Shown here: piece by piece, positions 38,211-51,575 of the stretch
Position numbering within the stretch: the first letter of the stretch is position 1
Layout of the letters: each line of letters opens with the position of its first letter
Assembly: GCA_964016885.1 (NCBI GenBank)
Contig: OZ024740.1
Location: 408,642,001-408,706,000 of the forward strand
DNA from: Eledone cirrhosa
Lineage: Eukaryota
Length of the DNA: 64,000 bases
Direction of reading: 5' to 3'
The notes under the pieces: generated by a model
The model's database searches: none
Seen by the model: only the letters and a program-made list of their open reading frames with translations
What the model was told of the DNA's origin: nothing
Program-made: the position numbers and the translations under genes

Positions 38211-39581
38211 GCCTGTTGCCCCTGCCCCCTCTTCCTTTCTTTCATTGCTTAATTCCCTTTCTTTTTCTTCTTACTCTTTTTCTAATTTACCTCTTTTTTT
38301 GTCTTTTTATTTCCATGTATATTGTACATTTTTTTAGCTAGATATTTTGTATTGCAATAAATTTTGTTTTCCATTAATTTTTATTTTTTATTTTTACTTT
38401 ATATGAGAGTATAAAAAGAGAGTTTGATATCAATACTTATTTTTTATGGCGATTGGAAGGGATATTTATTTCTCTCCACAATATACACAACCCACACCTA
38501 TAAATAGAATCATCTAATATTTTCCTCATAGTATTCCTATTATATCAATGAGTGTTACAATATATTTATTTCTCATTGTATCTTCTACTTGTAAATATTG
38601 GGTGGATTCAAGTGTCGTATAAGTGGATGCTATTCTATTATGTTAGAACATTGTATCTTCATAAATACCACGCTTACAACTATCAAAACATTGTCAGTAA
38701 ATAGGATTCAAAACAAAATTAGATAAACAATGGACTTTATTATTATTCATTTAAAAGGTTTATTTGGCGGAAATCTTGTGTGGTATACTTCCGTAAAATA
38801 CTTTCCGCTTGTATCCTTGACACAACTTCAGTGTTGTATAATTTGTAGAAAGAGGATTGACAGAATCAATAGAGTGAAGGACAAAATCTCTTTCAGTATC
38901 TGTTCCGACTTTCTACGTTCTGGGTCGTCCATCTTTGTGGAGTCCAGGACGTGTGTTGATGAAATTGTTAAGACGTCGGATGGGATACTTCCTGATATTT
39001 ATTCGAGCCCATGATTTCTGAGTTCTTGAGTGATAAACTTAAATCATAGTTCGGTTTAACACTCCTCCTACCAGGTTGTTGTTTTTTTTGCGGGGTTCAT
39101 TCTGTTGAAATCATTTTAGCCAGAACTCCGGTTTTAGAATAATTTCCTTTCTTCTTCCCACCAGTCTCAGATAGACTGAAGAAAAATAAGGTCAGGTTTG
39201 CTGCATTTTCCTCCCTGGTTGAACAGCATTCGACCGACTGGACAGTTCAGTTAGAAAAACAAAGCCTGTCACATTCTACAGTAAACTGGTAGATGGTATG
39301 ATTGATGGTGACTTGGAGATTACTTTACGAGTCGAAAATGACTTTATACACACTCAGACTTATAAACCAAGCAATATAGATAGTTATACTTGGGGAGGGT
39401 CATATTTGCGTAATATTGCCAGAATTAATAACAGAACACACTCACTATTTGGTTGGTTTTCGCTTCTCGCTGTCTTTTATATCTGCGATCTAACTTACTC
39501 GGTCCTCAATGTTGCCATTGACTGACCGACGGTCAAAAATAATACAGATACAATATAGACACAAACACATATATATAGTTT

Positions 39582-39633
39582 ACATAATTTACATAAATCT
39601 TTCGTTGCACATCTGCAACATCGTCAGTGGTGT
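39582..39633 (-). ncRNA. Degenerate hammerhead motif in the PLE 3' pseudo-LTR
   Basis: CTGACGA-tGTTGCAgatgTGCAAC-GAAA-gATTTAtgTAAAT-TA; stem I weak. Confidence 0.55.
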
Positions 39634-39893
39634 TATATTCTTTGTTCCTCCTGTTGTGTTGTATGTCTACGCCATTTTTTATTCAGTCTGTCTATATATT
39701 TATTTATTTATTTGCTTGTTTGTTTATCTTATTTTATTTTGTCTTCTTTGCGCATGCGTTTGCGTGTGTGTATAGTGTTATGTGTGCTGTGTGACTAGTG
39801 TGTATAGTGTTGTGTCTGCTGGGTGACTAGTGTGTGTTTATGTGCTTGTGTATGTATTTATTTATCTTATTTTATTTTATTTTATTTACTTAT

Positions 39894-41624
39894 TTATACT
39901 TCTCTTAGGTCAGTGTTGTTTGTTTGGGTGTTGTTGTTGTTCCACTCATTCTTTCTGTTTAGCTTTGGTCTTCTAATTTCTATTTCACTGGCCTCTCTGA
40001 TTTGCCTATCTGCTGGGTCATTCCTATGTTTAGATATTATTCTAATTTCTATGTTGTCTATGTTACCGTCATGTTGTTGTCTAGCATGTTCGTATAGTGC
40101 TGACCCGTTTTTTCGTCCTTTTAGTTCCCCCCAGTGTTGGTCTATCCTTTCACCTATGCTACGAGCTGTCTCACCTATGTATGTTGTTGTCATGTTTCTG
40201 CAAGTACCCTCTGTACATCTTATGCTATAGACTACGTTTCTAGTTTTACAGTTTATCCGGGGGTTCACCTTACATATGATACATTTGATACATTGTCTAG
40301 CATGTTCGTATAGTACTGACCCGTTTCTAGTTTTACAGTTTATCCGGGGGTTCACCTTACATATGATACATATGATACATTGTCTAGCATGTTCGTATAG
40401 TACTGACCCGTTTTTTCGTCCTTTTAGTTCCCCCCAGTGTTGGTCTATCCTTTCACCTATGCTACGAGCTGTCTCACCTATGTATGTTGTTGTCATGTTT
40501 CTGCAAGTACCCTCTGTACATCTTATGCTATAGACTACGTTTCTAGTTTTACAGTTTATCCGGGGGTTCACCTTACATATGATACATTTCCTATTGGTAC
40601 AGTGGGTTTTCTTAAAGGGGTAGGTTTTGCTGATCAGGGATTTTATGGTGGTTCCTGGCTTTTCTACCACCTTTATTTTTAAGTGGGTCTTTCTCAGGGC
40701 CTTTCTACACTGGTTAGCTAATTTTCCTCCAGGGGTGGCGTCCACAAACATGACACTCTGATATCTCTGGTTGTCGTGCCATGATGTGGCCTTCCCTATC
40801 TTATGTCTAGCCCTATCTAAGCTATTCCATGATTTGCTCCTGTATAGTGGGCAAATTCCTTTCATGTCCAGTTCTATGAGGGTCTTATACTTTTCCATGG
40901 CTCCTTCGTATACTCTGATTCTGTCTCTTTGGTTGTAGCCAGAGAACTGCATGCGGTTGATGAAGTGTTGGATGTGTCTTTCCATTTCTGTTGGGTCGCA
41001 CATGCTGGACACATTCTTCATCACTCGTACCAAATCTGCGATCAGAATATTAAACTTAGCACTACTGGACATTGCTGAGTTTTTGAGTATCAGGTATTTG
41101 GAGGCCGTGGGTTTAGCATAGTGTGAGTGGAGAATTTGGGCTCTCTCGTCTATAGTGTTAATCCAGAGTTCTGTGTCTAATACAGGTAGTCTATTGTTAG
41201 GGTGTTTGGAAGGGAAGTCGATAGTTACAGTTATACTCTGGTGTATGGAATTAGCTATCTGCTGGATGCTTTCCATCGTGCTACGTTCTAAATCAAACTT
41301 GTTAGTGCTCTCTAGTGGGGGTGTTCTTATAACTATATTGATATCGTCTACATAACGAGAGTACATGATGAGGTCTATGGAGCTTTCATTAAGGAGATCT
41401 TTAAGTCTCCTTTTCCACCATACCATGAAAAGGTTGGCAACATCACCAGCTATGCTGACGCCGATGGCTGCTCCCTCATTTTGGGTGTAGATTTTCTCAT
41501 TGAACTTAAATATGTGGCCCTTTAGGGTAGTTTTGATACTAGCCCCTATTGCATGTGCGACCATTTTTCTTACCTGATCAGTGTTTTGGGGGGGGTCCGT
41601 ATAGCTTTGGTCCCCCCAATCCAC
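39894..41624 (-). CDS. PLE reverse transcriptase C-terminal half plus tandem GIY-YIG endonuclease (frameshifted from 41570..42022)
   Basis: 576-aa open frame carrying the motifs above. Confidence 0.75.
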   Translation of the reverse strand: MDWGDQSYTDPPQNTDQVRKMVAHAIGASIKTTLKGHIFKFNEKIYTQNEGAAIGVSIAGDVANLFMVWWKRRLKDLLNESSIDLIMYSRYVDDINIVIRTPPLESTNKFDLERSTMESIQQIANSIHQSITVTIDFPSKHPNNRLPVLDTELWINTIDERAQILHSHYAKPTASKYLILKNSAMSSSAKFNILIADLVRVMKNVSSMCDPTEMERHIQHFINRMQFSGYNQRDRIRVYEGAMEKYKTLIELDMKGICPLYRSKSWNSLDRARHKIGKATSWHDNQRYQSVMFVDATPGGKLANQCRKALRKTHLKIKVVEKPGTTIKSLISKTYPFKKTHCTNRKCIICKVNPRINCKTRNVVYSIRCTEGTCRNMTTTYIGETARSIGERIDQHWGELKGRKNGSVLYEHARQCIICIICKVNPRINCKTRNGSVLYEHARQCIKCIICKVNPRINCKTRNVVYSIRCTEGTCRNMTTTYIGETARSIGERIDQHWGELKGRKNGSALYEHARQQHDGNIDNIEIRIISKHRNDPADRQIREASEIEIRRPKLNRKNEWNNNNTQTNNTDLREV

Positions 41625-44562
41625 CTTCCTATGGGAGTCTTTTTAGCCATTGAGGTTATGGTGGGGGGTCTACCTCTTATAGGTCTACTAGGGCAGAAAC
41701 ATCTAAGGTCATGGCTGTCTAGGTAGTCAGTGTCGTAGGTAAGTCTAAGTAGGAGGCGCAGTTCGTCTGTGTCGACGTCACAGAACTCCACCTCACTCTC
41801 AATGATCATCTCCACACATCTTTTCACAGCAAAATCAATGTTAATGGATGGGTACAGTGACACCACATCCATGCTGCCTATTATGCAGTTGGATAGGCTC
41901 CTGTTTTTGTTGCACTCACTGATTCTGCTGAGGAGGTCCTCTGTACTTTCACATACATCTGGGGACATCTTGATTATGGGGCGTATAACCATTGAGAGGA
42001 AGTAGATACAATATAGATACAAACTTCCAGAAATCCTTAGCTTGTACAGTATATGTTACCGAGAAGCAGCAATAATGCGATAAGCAGTAGATCTACAGTA
42101 ATCCGAACAGAAGAATTTGACCGCAACTCTTCTGTAAGCGCCTGCCTTGTGTCCACAACTCGCTTGTTTGTGTATGTATTTCGAACAATTGTTATTAAAT
42201 CCAAATTGAATCCTAATTCAGTAGGCCTATATTCAGAGATAACTCAGCATTCAATCTAACACCTCCTTCCTTTTTTAAGACAGTAAGGTGTGATTTGAAT
42301 TAAATTAGGATGTTGGTCAACCATATAGAATCTCCCTCATTGATTTATGGTGATATTGCTTTCGCTGTTTACTTCCTTGTTAACCATTTTCAAATAGATA
42401 TATGATTAAAGGTGTTCACTTAGTGAATAACATTTTATTTAAAGACAGTGTATTTAGGACAATAAAATAAAAGTACTAAGAGTCAATAAAATAAAATATC
42501 AGTCGAGTATTTCTGTCGATGTAATCAACTGTTCTGCTCCCTTCCAAATTTCTGGTTCTAGTGAAAGGTATTGCATGGTAGACAAGATTAAAACTACTGG
42601 AGAGACACGTTCTTCATTGATGAATACGTCATCAACTTCAAACTTTGACAAGAAAGTCAATGTGAAGGGAGGAGTGCTTTCTTTCAGGAGATTTGCTGGA
42701 AGGTGTATGAGCGGTAAGAATGTCTCGCGTGATTGAGTCTACAAATGTAGACCAGAAACTCGAGTTGAAAGAGGACAATTATTCTTGATAGCAAGGGTAA
42801 TCCGAAATAAGGTTACGAGAAATTTGACATATCTCTGCTTCTCTGTAAACGAATTGAAGGAAGCATTGGCCGACGTGTGGGACAGTCTCTTGTCCATCGA
42901 ACAAGGCAGTGTCTCACTGATTTGGGGGATGAAAATGGAGGCAAAACAGTAAGCAGAGGTGGTGAAATTCATACTCGTCTTTGAGCTTGTACCGCTGTAC
43001 ATGGACCAGAATAACACATGAGTAACAATCAGGTGCATTTGGTAGTGAGAATGCCCTCCCCCCGGTTCATTGTCACGTTTTTAGCGCAATTTGGACAAGA
43101 ATGCAGACGTGAGAATGGTTTGAAAGTGTTTAAGACTCCTTAAGACATTTCCCTTCCAGAGTGGGATTCCGACTTGCAAGCAGATACACAGGTAATAAGT
43201 CTGGCAATACAGGGGAGATTTTCCAGCTGTTAAATATATGACAGCAAAAGTAGATACTTGAGAGTAGCTTTCTGTCTTAGAATGTAGTTCCTGAAAAGGT
43301 AGAGGAAGAGAGAAGGGGGCAAAAGGCAGTAGAACCGGTAATAACAACAACAGGTCCCAGAAGCTGACCATACCAGTTAAAGCCCTGGAAATGGCGCAAA
43401 AGATTACTTCATACGCGGTCTCAGAAGCTGACTATACCGAAGCACTACACCTCCAAAGTAATACCACTCCATTCACGATGGGGTCTGATTGGTGGTTGAA
43501 GAAGAGTAATAGACCATAGCAGGGAAAAGGGAAAAGGACGAAGAGGCGGAAGAAGATCGACAAGAAAAAGCAAAAGGTGAATAAAACACAAAAGGGTCTC
43601 CACTCCACCGAACATGAAATTCACAGACATTAGATTATACATGTTCCTCAATAAAACCAATAATGAAGATGTAGGCTATGAGGAGGAAAACAAAGGCCGA
43701 TATACATAAGGCAGGAGAACGATAGGATAGTGAAAACTATACCAGTTGTATCAGAAGACGTTGCTGGTGAGTGTGGTCAACAAAAGATAAATGTTCAAGT
43801 GTGCCTTTTGGTATATCCAGTTTCAATATAATGGGTGGCTGACCTGGAGCGCTTGAACCAGACCTAACTAGTGGGTTTTCACTCGTATGTGGGTGGGCCA
43901 CATAGTTTGTGTTTCCATTTCTTAAATTATATTTGGTTTTAATTATGAAATGATTTTATATAATTGTATATTTATTGACCTTTACTCTTTATTAATTTTT
44001 TGCTCTTCATTATATAAAATTCTTCCCCTTCCTTTCGTTTTTTTTTTTGTAGAACTTTCTCTTGTTTCTCCACACATGTTTTATATACTCCACATTTTAA
44101 CATGTTATTTGTGTGACTAATAAAGAAATTGCGTGTCTTTTATGGAGCTGCGTGAGCTAAAAAGTATCGAATTACTTTCAGAATTGGATGTTTGGTGTGG
44201 TGGAGGAATCTGTTACAGATATAAGTTAAAAGTTTATCTTTGTGTTTCTCTCCAATTGGGAGAAGAAAATATTTTACATTAAAATTTGTTTGCCGTCGGA
44301 TAGTTTTCTCTCTACAAAGCATGGAAATAACGATTACAAAAATCTGAACAACTGAAATAGTAGCAACAATAGCTTCTCTAGTTTATCAAACGGAAAGAAA
44401 TATGTCATAAAATATTCCGTCTTCTTGCTTGACCATTTTATGAAAAAGACAAAAACAAAAATGGACATTAAAAGCTATCTTTTATTGAAAGTACATTCAA
44501 ATTCAATTTTTTAGGATTTTACTCTGATTTATAAATGATGTTTGGTGTTTGGTTTTTAAAAG

Positions 44563-45980
44563 TTGTTCGGAGTTTCGGATACATAGATACATTATATATT
44601 AGTATATATTAGTTTCTGTAGTTTTATCTCAAATTTTATTATGTTTATTGTATAACATCATTAACATCCCTTTGGTTATTGTTAACTCTTAGATGCCTCA
44701 ATAGATTGCGATAGTAAGAGCTTTTATTAAATCTTTAACATCGCCATATTGTTTCACGAGAGAATATACTATAGCCTTCTCCGCTGGCAAAGAGATCTGC
44801 TAATCCACGTAGTAGTCCTGTAAATATTTGAGTTTGCGTATTTCTCTGCCTGCCCGGGAGGTTCTCACTGAGTTGTCATCAAAAGCACTGGTTTCAGCTA
44901 AAACAAGTTGAGAGGGTCGTCTTGTTTCGCTTGTGGTTTGTGGTCCGTATCCCTTCTCGTCTTGTAGCGTCTCTGACAATCGTGATTGAGTAGCTTTTAT
45001 TAAGTCCGATATTTCATAGTTGGAAGCAGGTTTAGGGGAGTGTTGACTGGGAAGTGACGGCGCTAAGTATTCTGGATCCTGATATTTTATAAATGGCGCC
45101 AGCTGCCGGGTTGAGACTGTGTCTGAGTGATCAACACTGAACTCAACTCTGGTAAATTGAGGTGAGAGTTACCTTCTCTCCCCGATCTTATCATTTCCTC
45201 AGAATGTGATGATGGTGTAGAACAGTACTCTCCTTTTGTTGCAAAAATTGCGGAAGAGTTTGGCCGACGACAGATTGTCTTGGAAAGCTCAGGAATCTTT
45301 CGTGAGGAGTCTGGTTTGTAGCCGTACAAAGCTTAACACCGGTGTGGAAATTGGTTTGAGGTTCTCAACGCCTACTCCAAGCATGAGACTCAGTTGTTCC
45401 ATGTTAAATGTTTTAAGCATAAGGTAGTATGTCGTAGGTGGTAAGATACCGCCAAATTGCAGGGAAACCGGCGCGTGAAAGGAGGTCGCGTCCAAGTATT
45501 AAAGGTGCAACCAATTAGTGTGTAACATAGACTTTAGTATTAAGGTAGGGATTACCGTTAGTCGTTATTTCCGCTATCAGTTCACCTTCATCTGGTGACT
45601 GTAAGCAATGTTGTGCCTTTCGAGATATCCTCGTTCTATGAAGGTCTTGTCAGATTCGGTACCGAGTAACCCACGAATGGAATGACCGTTGAATTTGACT
45701 CCACCAAACTGCGACCCAGTGTTCCTACGTTTCCAGTATGGCTGATAGATTGACTTCTACATCATCAGTTGCTTAATCTGATGAGTCAGGTTTGTCCAAA
45801 AGTTTTACTGAAGTTTTTGACTTTAGATTTTGAAGAACTCTTGCCTTTTGATAAACAAATATTGACCCAATGGCTCTTTTGGGGGGGCAATAACGACATA
45901 TTGAGGGCTTTGCAGGACACGTCGTGTGGTCATTATGGCGTGTTACTCCACAAAACATGCAATTTTTTATGTAATTTTTA
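44563..45980 (-). mobile_element. Heavily decayed Ty3/Gypsy LTR retrotransposon remnant
   Basis: Gag knuckle FCG...H.DH..CPAK..ICRYC; protease-like VKFNGHSIRGLLGTESDKTFI; integrase-tail-like RTSRAGREIRKLKYLQDYYV*, then a purine tract and an LTR-like AT-rich segment. Confidence 0.55.
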
Positions 45981-45988
45981 TGTAATTC

Positions 45989-46171
45989 TTCAAATTACAT
46001 CCAATCATCTTTCAAAAGGGAAAATATATAGTGAATACAGAACAATATTATCTTATGCCAAGACTTAAGACGGCAACAACGATATTCCGTCTTAATTCCT
46101 GTTGTACAATAATATTGTCTATATTCACTATATATTTTCCCTTTTGAAAGATGGTTGGATGTAATCTGAAG
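45989..46171. repeat. Short inverted repeat (about 60-bp arms)
   Basis: TTACATCCAATCATCTTTCAAAAGGGAAAATATATAGTGAATA pairs with TATTCACTATATATTTTCCCTTTTGAAAGATGGTTGGATGTAA. Confidence 0.8.
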
Positions 46172-46539
46172 GCAAGGATACTGTTATTTCTAATAGGTTA
46201 AGCGACCACGTAGAGGCCAGTGAGTGCTGTGTTCTTTGTACTAGGATGTGGTTTTCGGGAGGATAAGCGTCATGTTCTCAAATTGTATATCCTGATGGTT
46301 CAGTTGACGAGTTTGCTGGTGGTATGTATGTCTTTATTATGTTACCGCTTTGTTTAGCCCCTGGTAAAACCTGATTGCGTAAACCTATGATCAAAGGTAT
46401 TCCAGACATAACAATCTTGCCTTTTTTTGCTTTTTGGGAGGGTGGGAAGTATATCTAGAACTACATTATTCAATGAGTGTCCTTTCTTTTTCTAATAAAA
46501 TGGATTGTGATTCGAGGGAGAGTCGATTATTATTTAAAG

Positions 46540-47841
46540 TCTATGCTAAGTGACTGGAAAAGAGATGTAGGGAGATTGTCAAATCCAAGCTAGTTGATGA
46601 ACAGTGTGGTTTTCGCCTCGGGCGCAGCACAGCCAACCAAATATTCACACTGCAGCAGATCTTCGAGAAATCGTGGGTGTATTGCCAAGAGGCATGTTCT
46701 TGTTTTGTCGACCTTGAAAAGGCATATGACCACGTTCCTGCTGTGGAAGGTTCTGCAGGAGTATGGGATCGATGGTCAGCTTCTTGCAGCTCTAATGTCT
46801 CTATACAAATGTCCAAGAATTTGTGTCCGAATAAATGGTGTTAAATCAAAACCATTCAATGTGGGGGTCGGACTCCGCCAAGAGTGCGTACTATCACTTC
46901 TCCTGTTCAGTATTTACATGATTAATATGCGCAGCCGGGTTGGAAGTGCTATCATGACCGGTAGGTGTGAAATCAGTCGGCTGAAAGTTGCAGACGACAT
47001 GGTATAACTTAACTCGACAGAAGGTGATCTCCAACTTGCACTTGATAGGTTTGATGCCGAGAGCTGCATGGCTGGAATGAAAATTATTGCTGCGAAAACT
47101 GAGACGCTCGTCCTTACTATACATGTAAATGAAGTTCCACTGAAGCAAGTAGAGAAGTTCAAGTATCTCGGGGCCGTGTTCACGAGTGATGGAAGGCAGG
47201 AAGCTGAATTAAGTGCAAGAATTGCAAGAGCTGGTGCAGTAATGTGCCAGCTTCAACATTTAGTCATCGGAAAAAGGGAGGTAGGCGTAAAAGCCAAACT
47301 TGCTATCTTCAATTCGGTATTTGTGCCAACCCATACCTATGGTCATGAATCTTGGGTAATTACCGAAAGAATACGATCGCGAATCCAAACGGCTGAAATG
47401 GGATTCCTCTAAAGGGTCTTTGGAGTTACGTTACTCGATAGAGTGAATAGCTTGGAGATCAGAGAGTCACTCCCGGTAGAACCACTACTTCTCCGAATTG
47501 AGAGATCACAGTTCCGATACTATGGACATGGGGTTAGAATGCTTCAGGAAAGAATCGTTGGACAGATTTTATGAGCAAAACCAACCAGCAGGAGACACAG
47601 GGTAGACTCCTTGGATAACATCCATGAGCTTGGCTTGTCTCGCTTGGGGATCCAGCTGAATCAGTTTGGAGGCAATTGCTTCTGATAGGACCCGCTGGAA
47701 GGAATGTTTGACGACTCTGCTACCACAACCCCATCAGGAAGAAGAAGAAGAAGAAGAAGAAGAAGAAGAAGAAGAAGAAGAAGAAGAAGAAGAAGAAGAA
47801 GAAGAAGAAGAAGAAGAAGAAGAAGAAGAAGAAGAAGAAGA
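46540..47841 (+). mobile_element. RTE-clade (Expander/Rex3-like) LINE, 5'-truncated, with (GAA)n tail
   Basis: EQCGFR, FVDLEKAYD, GLRQECVLS, ADD, VEKFKYLG, YGHESWV.TERIRSRIQTAEMGFL; tail 47738-47841. Confidence 0.88.
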
Positions 47842-48199
47842 AAACAGATTTCTTCTAGAGAAGGATAGAGAGTGAGAGACTGGAAGTGAGAAAGAGATAT
47901 AAAGGAAGAATCGACCCAGTACTAGACTGGTACTTTTTTATCGACTTTAAATGGTGAAGTTGACCACGGCAGGATTTGAAGAAGAAGAAGAAGAAGAAGA
48001 AGAAGAGGAGGATGAGATAATGAAATCGTTGCTGCAATACCTCTGATCAAATCTGCTCAATGAAAGCTAAACAAAAACTAAAAACATACGGATCTTCTAC
48101 TAAAACCATGACTCCATCCTTCCAACAGATACCATAAAAATAATAGAGAAATTTCTGAAACTCAAGGCCTGGTGAAGATAGAAACAGAATTTGATGAAC

Positions 48200-48907
48200 A
48201 ATCCTGAGTCAAGCAAAGACTAAGACTGGGTTACTGGCATCTGAAGTGTAGTCAGGCGCTCACCGTACTCTACCAGTCATGCAATGCGATTTGTGGAAGT
48301 TCCACACTAGCAGTTTATAGAGGACTAGTGGCGGGGAAAAACTACGATGTACTCGGGAAGGCCCTGAGCCTTGAGAGAAGTGACCTGGCCAGTCTGTTTG
48401 GGAGGACTTTTGGGAGGGGATTTCTATGAACAGTTTCTAAAAAGTCTCTAGCCTGGCACTACTAGTTTAGGATAAATTCTATTTATAAAATCTATGGCGA
48501 TTCCTTCAAACGGTCCTCTTCGAGATGCACGCAGGTAGGTCGGCCAAACCGTTCTGCATCAGAATCCGGGCATCATGTTATGACAAACAACTGTTGCCGC
48601 GTGTAGGACAGATCCAGTTATCGGCCAAGTCTATTATGAAGATTGCTCCACAGCCCTCGTTTAAGCGGTAGCTTTTTCTTTGTCATTTGTCAATAGCAAA
48701 AGATGCCGTATGGTGGACAATTTGTGAGGACTGACACATTTCTCTTCGGTCAAGTTCTCATTGGTTTTTTTCCAAGTTACTCTTGAAAAGAAAGGTGGAA
48801 ATGGAGAGAGAGGTGCTCTCCTCTAGTGACTTTTGTAAAAGATGAATGACTGTGGGCAAAATGGCAAGAGTAAGTGGCTCCAATCTCAGCATGAGCCTGT
48901 GGTAATC

Positions 48908-48992
<85 letters not shown>

Positions 48993-49113
48993 TTTATTTT
49001 ATTTCATTTTATTTTTCCTCTTCAGATTTCTATGTAAAACCTAACACTGTAATTTGTCTTTCTAATGTTCCCTCATTCGGCGTCCTTGTATCAAATATAA
49101 GAAATCATCATTA
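48200..49113 (+). mobile_element. Decayed L1/Tx1-type LINE 3' fragment with an internal (TG)n
   Basis: Homology to the reverse complement of 55200-55940; ends CCTTGTATCAAATATAAGAAATCATCATTATT. Confidence 0.7.
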
Positions 49114-49425
49114 TTGGCAGTATCGGTAGAGAGTCGGACACCATGCTTTCCAGCATAGTTACGTCCCTTTACAGTCTGAGTTCAAATCCCGCCGAGCTTT
49201 ACTTTACCTTTCATCCTTACGGGGTCGATAAAATAAAGTACCAGTAATACACTGGATAATTGCTGGCCTTGTGCCTAAAGTAGAAACAATTATTATGGTG
49301 GATTGGCAGTATCGGTAGAGGGTCGGACGCCAGCTTTGATGCATAGAATTACGGCCCTCGCCATTCTGAGTTCAAATCTCGCTGAGTAACTGCTGGCCTT
49401 GTGCCAAAAGTAGAAACAATTATTA
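49114..49425 (+). mobile_element. Two tandem SINE copies (the second lacks the core)
   Basis: 49114-49295 near full length; 49297-49425 head joined directly to tail. Confidence 0.85.
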
Positions 49426-51575
49426 TTTATCTGCAGAGCTTCCGCGAGGGAATTCCGGTGTGGAATGTTTCGTTAGAAGCTCTCCTTCAACGAGTATGGT
49501 TAACAAAACTTCAGTGTTGTATAATGTGTAGATTAGGGATAGGCTCCTGGAATCTGGAATATTGCCACTGAAGGAACTATTGCGCTCAACAACATCTTCA
49601 AGTATCTTTATCAGCACTAGCAAATTGCTGTAAGTTGGGAAATGGGCAAAATGATAAAGAATTCAAACATCTAAAAGAAGTCCAAATCGAAACCTAGACA
49701 GCATCACACAACGTCTTGTACACACCTTCAAACTTTCTGGGCAGCAACGGCGGACGAAATTGCCTGATATATTTATTTCAATTTCTTGTATTCTGAGAAC
49801 AAATCTCGCCGAAGTCAACTTAACCTTTCATTCATCCGAGGTCGGTAAATAAATGCACGACTATATTACATTATTTTTATTATAACAATGTTATATCTCT
49901 TGTGTATATTACTTTTTCTACATAGAAATGTTACGGTAACCTTATGTAGTGTAAATTTAAAAAAATAATATTTGTGCACAGTTTTTTTTGTTATTTAATA
50001 GACTATTCTTTTAGCCCTTTTGATTTCCTCACATTTAAAATATTCCCTTAAACATATTCACTACAGACTCAACATGGAGTTGAACTGGGATTGCTTTGTG
50101 ATTTGCCAGCAAGACTATTGAACCTTTGAAGTGTCCCTTAGAGAACCCTTTGTTAAATGAGCGGCACGGCAGATTCTTACATATCATTTCCTATCAACAT
50201 AGAATAGTTCCGGGTAATTGCTGCTCTTTCAGAGAATGTTATTTTGGTAGCGATGGAACCATTGAAATTGTGCTCCTCCTGCGCCCTAACACAAATCTTG
50301 TTAGCGAGTAGAACCCTGACGACAGAAAGAAAACACAGTAAGCGCAAAGTATTTCTATTACGAGATAGGGAATGCAGAAACTGTTCTCTGTGAAATTTCA
50401 ACATTTAATGCAACAGACAAAAATATTCGGGAAATATTGTAGAACTGAACAACTATTTTGAAAAATCTGTGAACTCTAGATCCCTCCTATTTCGACCTTT
50501 CCACTAACAGTGGCAGCACATTCCGTATGTAAGCCAACAGGGTATTGATGTCTTAACTGGAAATCAGCTGCAGGATGCACAAAGTTGGATCTTGCGTGAA
50601 ATTCATTGATATGAAACGGCATTCTCCTATAAATTTACCGACGAAGATTCGAAACCGAATCTAAGAGTTCTTGCATCTGAGACCACCCATTATCCGGAAG
50701 TTCCCACCATTGTATTGTCAAGAAACTAGTATGATAAACATACATATCACTTGACCTGTGACCCCAGGTTGTAGACAGAGGAAACACAGATGGCTGCCCA
50801 TAAATCAACCCATATACACATCCTTCTAACTATAGCATTATTATAAATACAAGTACTTAGAAAATCTAACAGTAAGATACTACGAAGCAAGCAGTCCGTG
50901 TTAAGGTTAATGATGTAACAGACCTTTACCTTTGCTTTCTCCTGGCCTTACTGGTTCTCACTTCTCGGCCACAGACTACGCCACCAGACAATAGAGAAGC
51001 AACAATCCTTGAAGGGAATAACGTCCGTCCGTCCGTCCGTCACTCACTCGCTCACTCACTCACTCACTCACTCACTAGGTTTAATTCTGCGTTTTATCCA
51101 TTTCTGCTGAACCATTTATATTGTATTGTCATATTGATACATGCATGCACGCTAACACGAAGTTGCTTGCCAGCAATTAATGTAGCGATAAATTCTGTCA
51201 CATATTGTTATTGTAAAATAAGCATAGCCAACATCACAATCATGGCATTAATTATTCTTTTTCATTAAACACCCATCAAAGAATAACATTTATCCACTAT
51301 AGATACAACACAGTTTAAAGCAGTGCACATGAACATATTGGATAAGCGAAGACATCCAAACAATTTGGTAAGCTTCGTCCGTGGCCAAATGAACAAGATG
51401 AAACTATTTTTTTTTCATTTTGATTTCCAAGCTTCAAGAGTTCAGTGTGTAACATGTGGTGCGGTAAATAAATATATGCATATACACCAGGTCCGAACAC
51501 AAAGGAACCAAACTTCCATTGTCACTTTCCCCGTCTCTCTATCTCTCCCCATCTCTCACTATTATGAGCAAATGG

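Larger units (their letters stand above)
39567..42003 (-). mobile_element. 5'-truncated Penelope-like retroelement (RT plus duplicated GIY-YIG) with 21-bp TSD
   Basis: IIGSMDVVSLYPSI, GAAIG, YSRYVDD, LPVLD, cysteine linker, NVVYSIRC...YIGET; AGATACAATATAGA(C/T)ACAAAC at 39546-39566 and 42004-42024. Confidence 0.92.

Noticed and set aside
42550-43920. Possible old LINE remnant
   Set aside because: No diagnostic motif could be read with confidence
47666-47875. Poly-Glu ORF
   Set aside because: (GAA)n tail of the RTE element
50070-50720. Possible DNA transposase remnant (W..x.ICQ...LKCP motif, Academ-like)
   Set aside because: Too decayed, with no TIRs or catalytic motifs identifiable by eye; needs a translated HMM search
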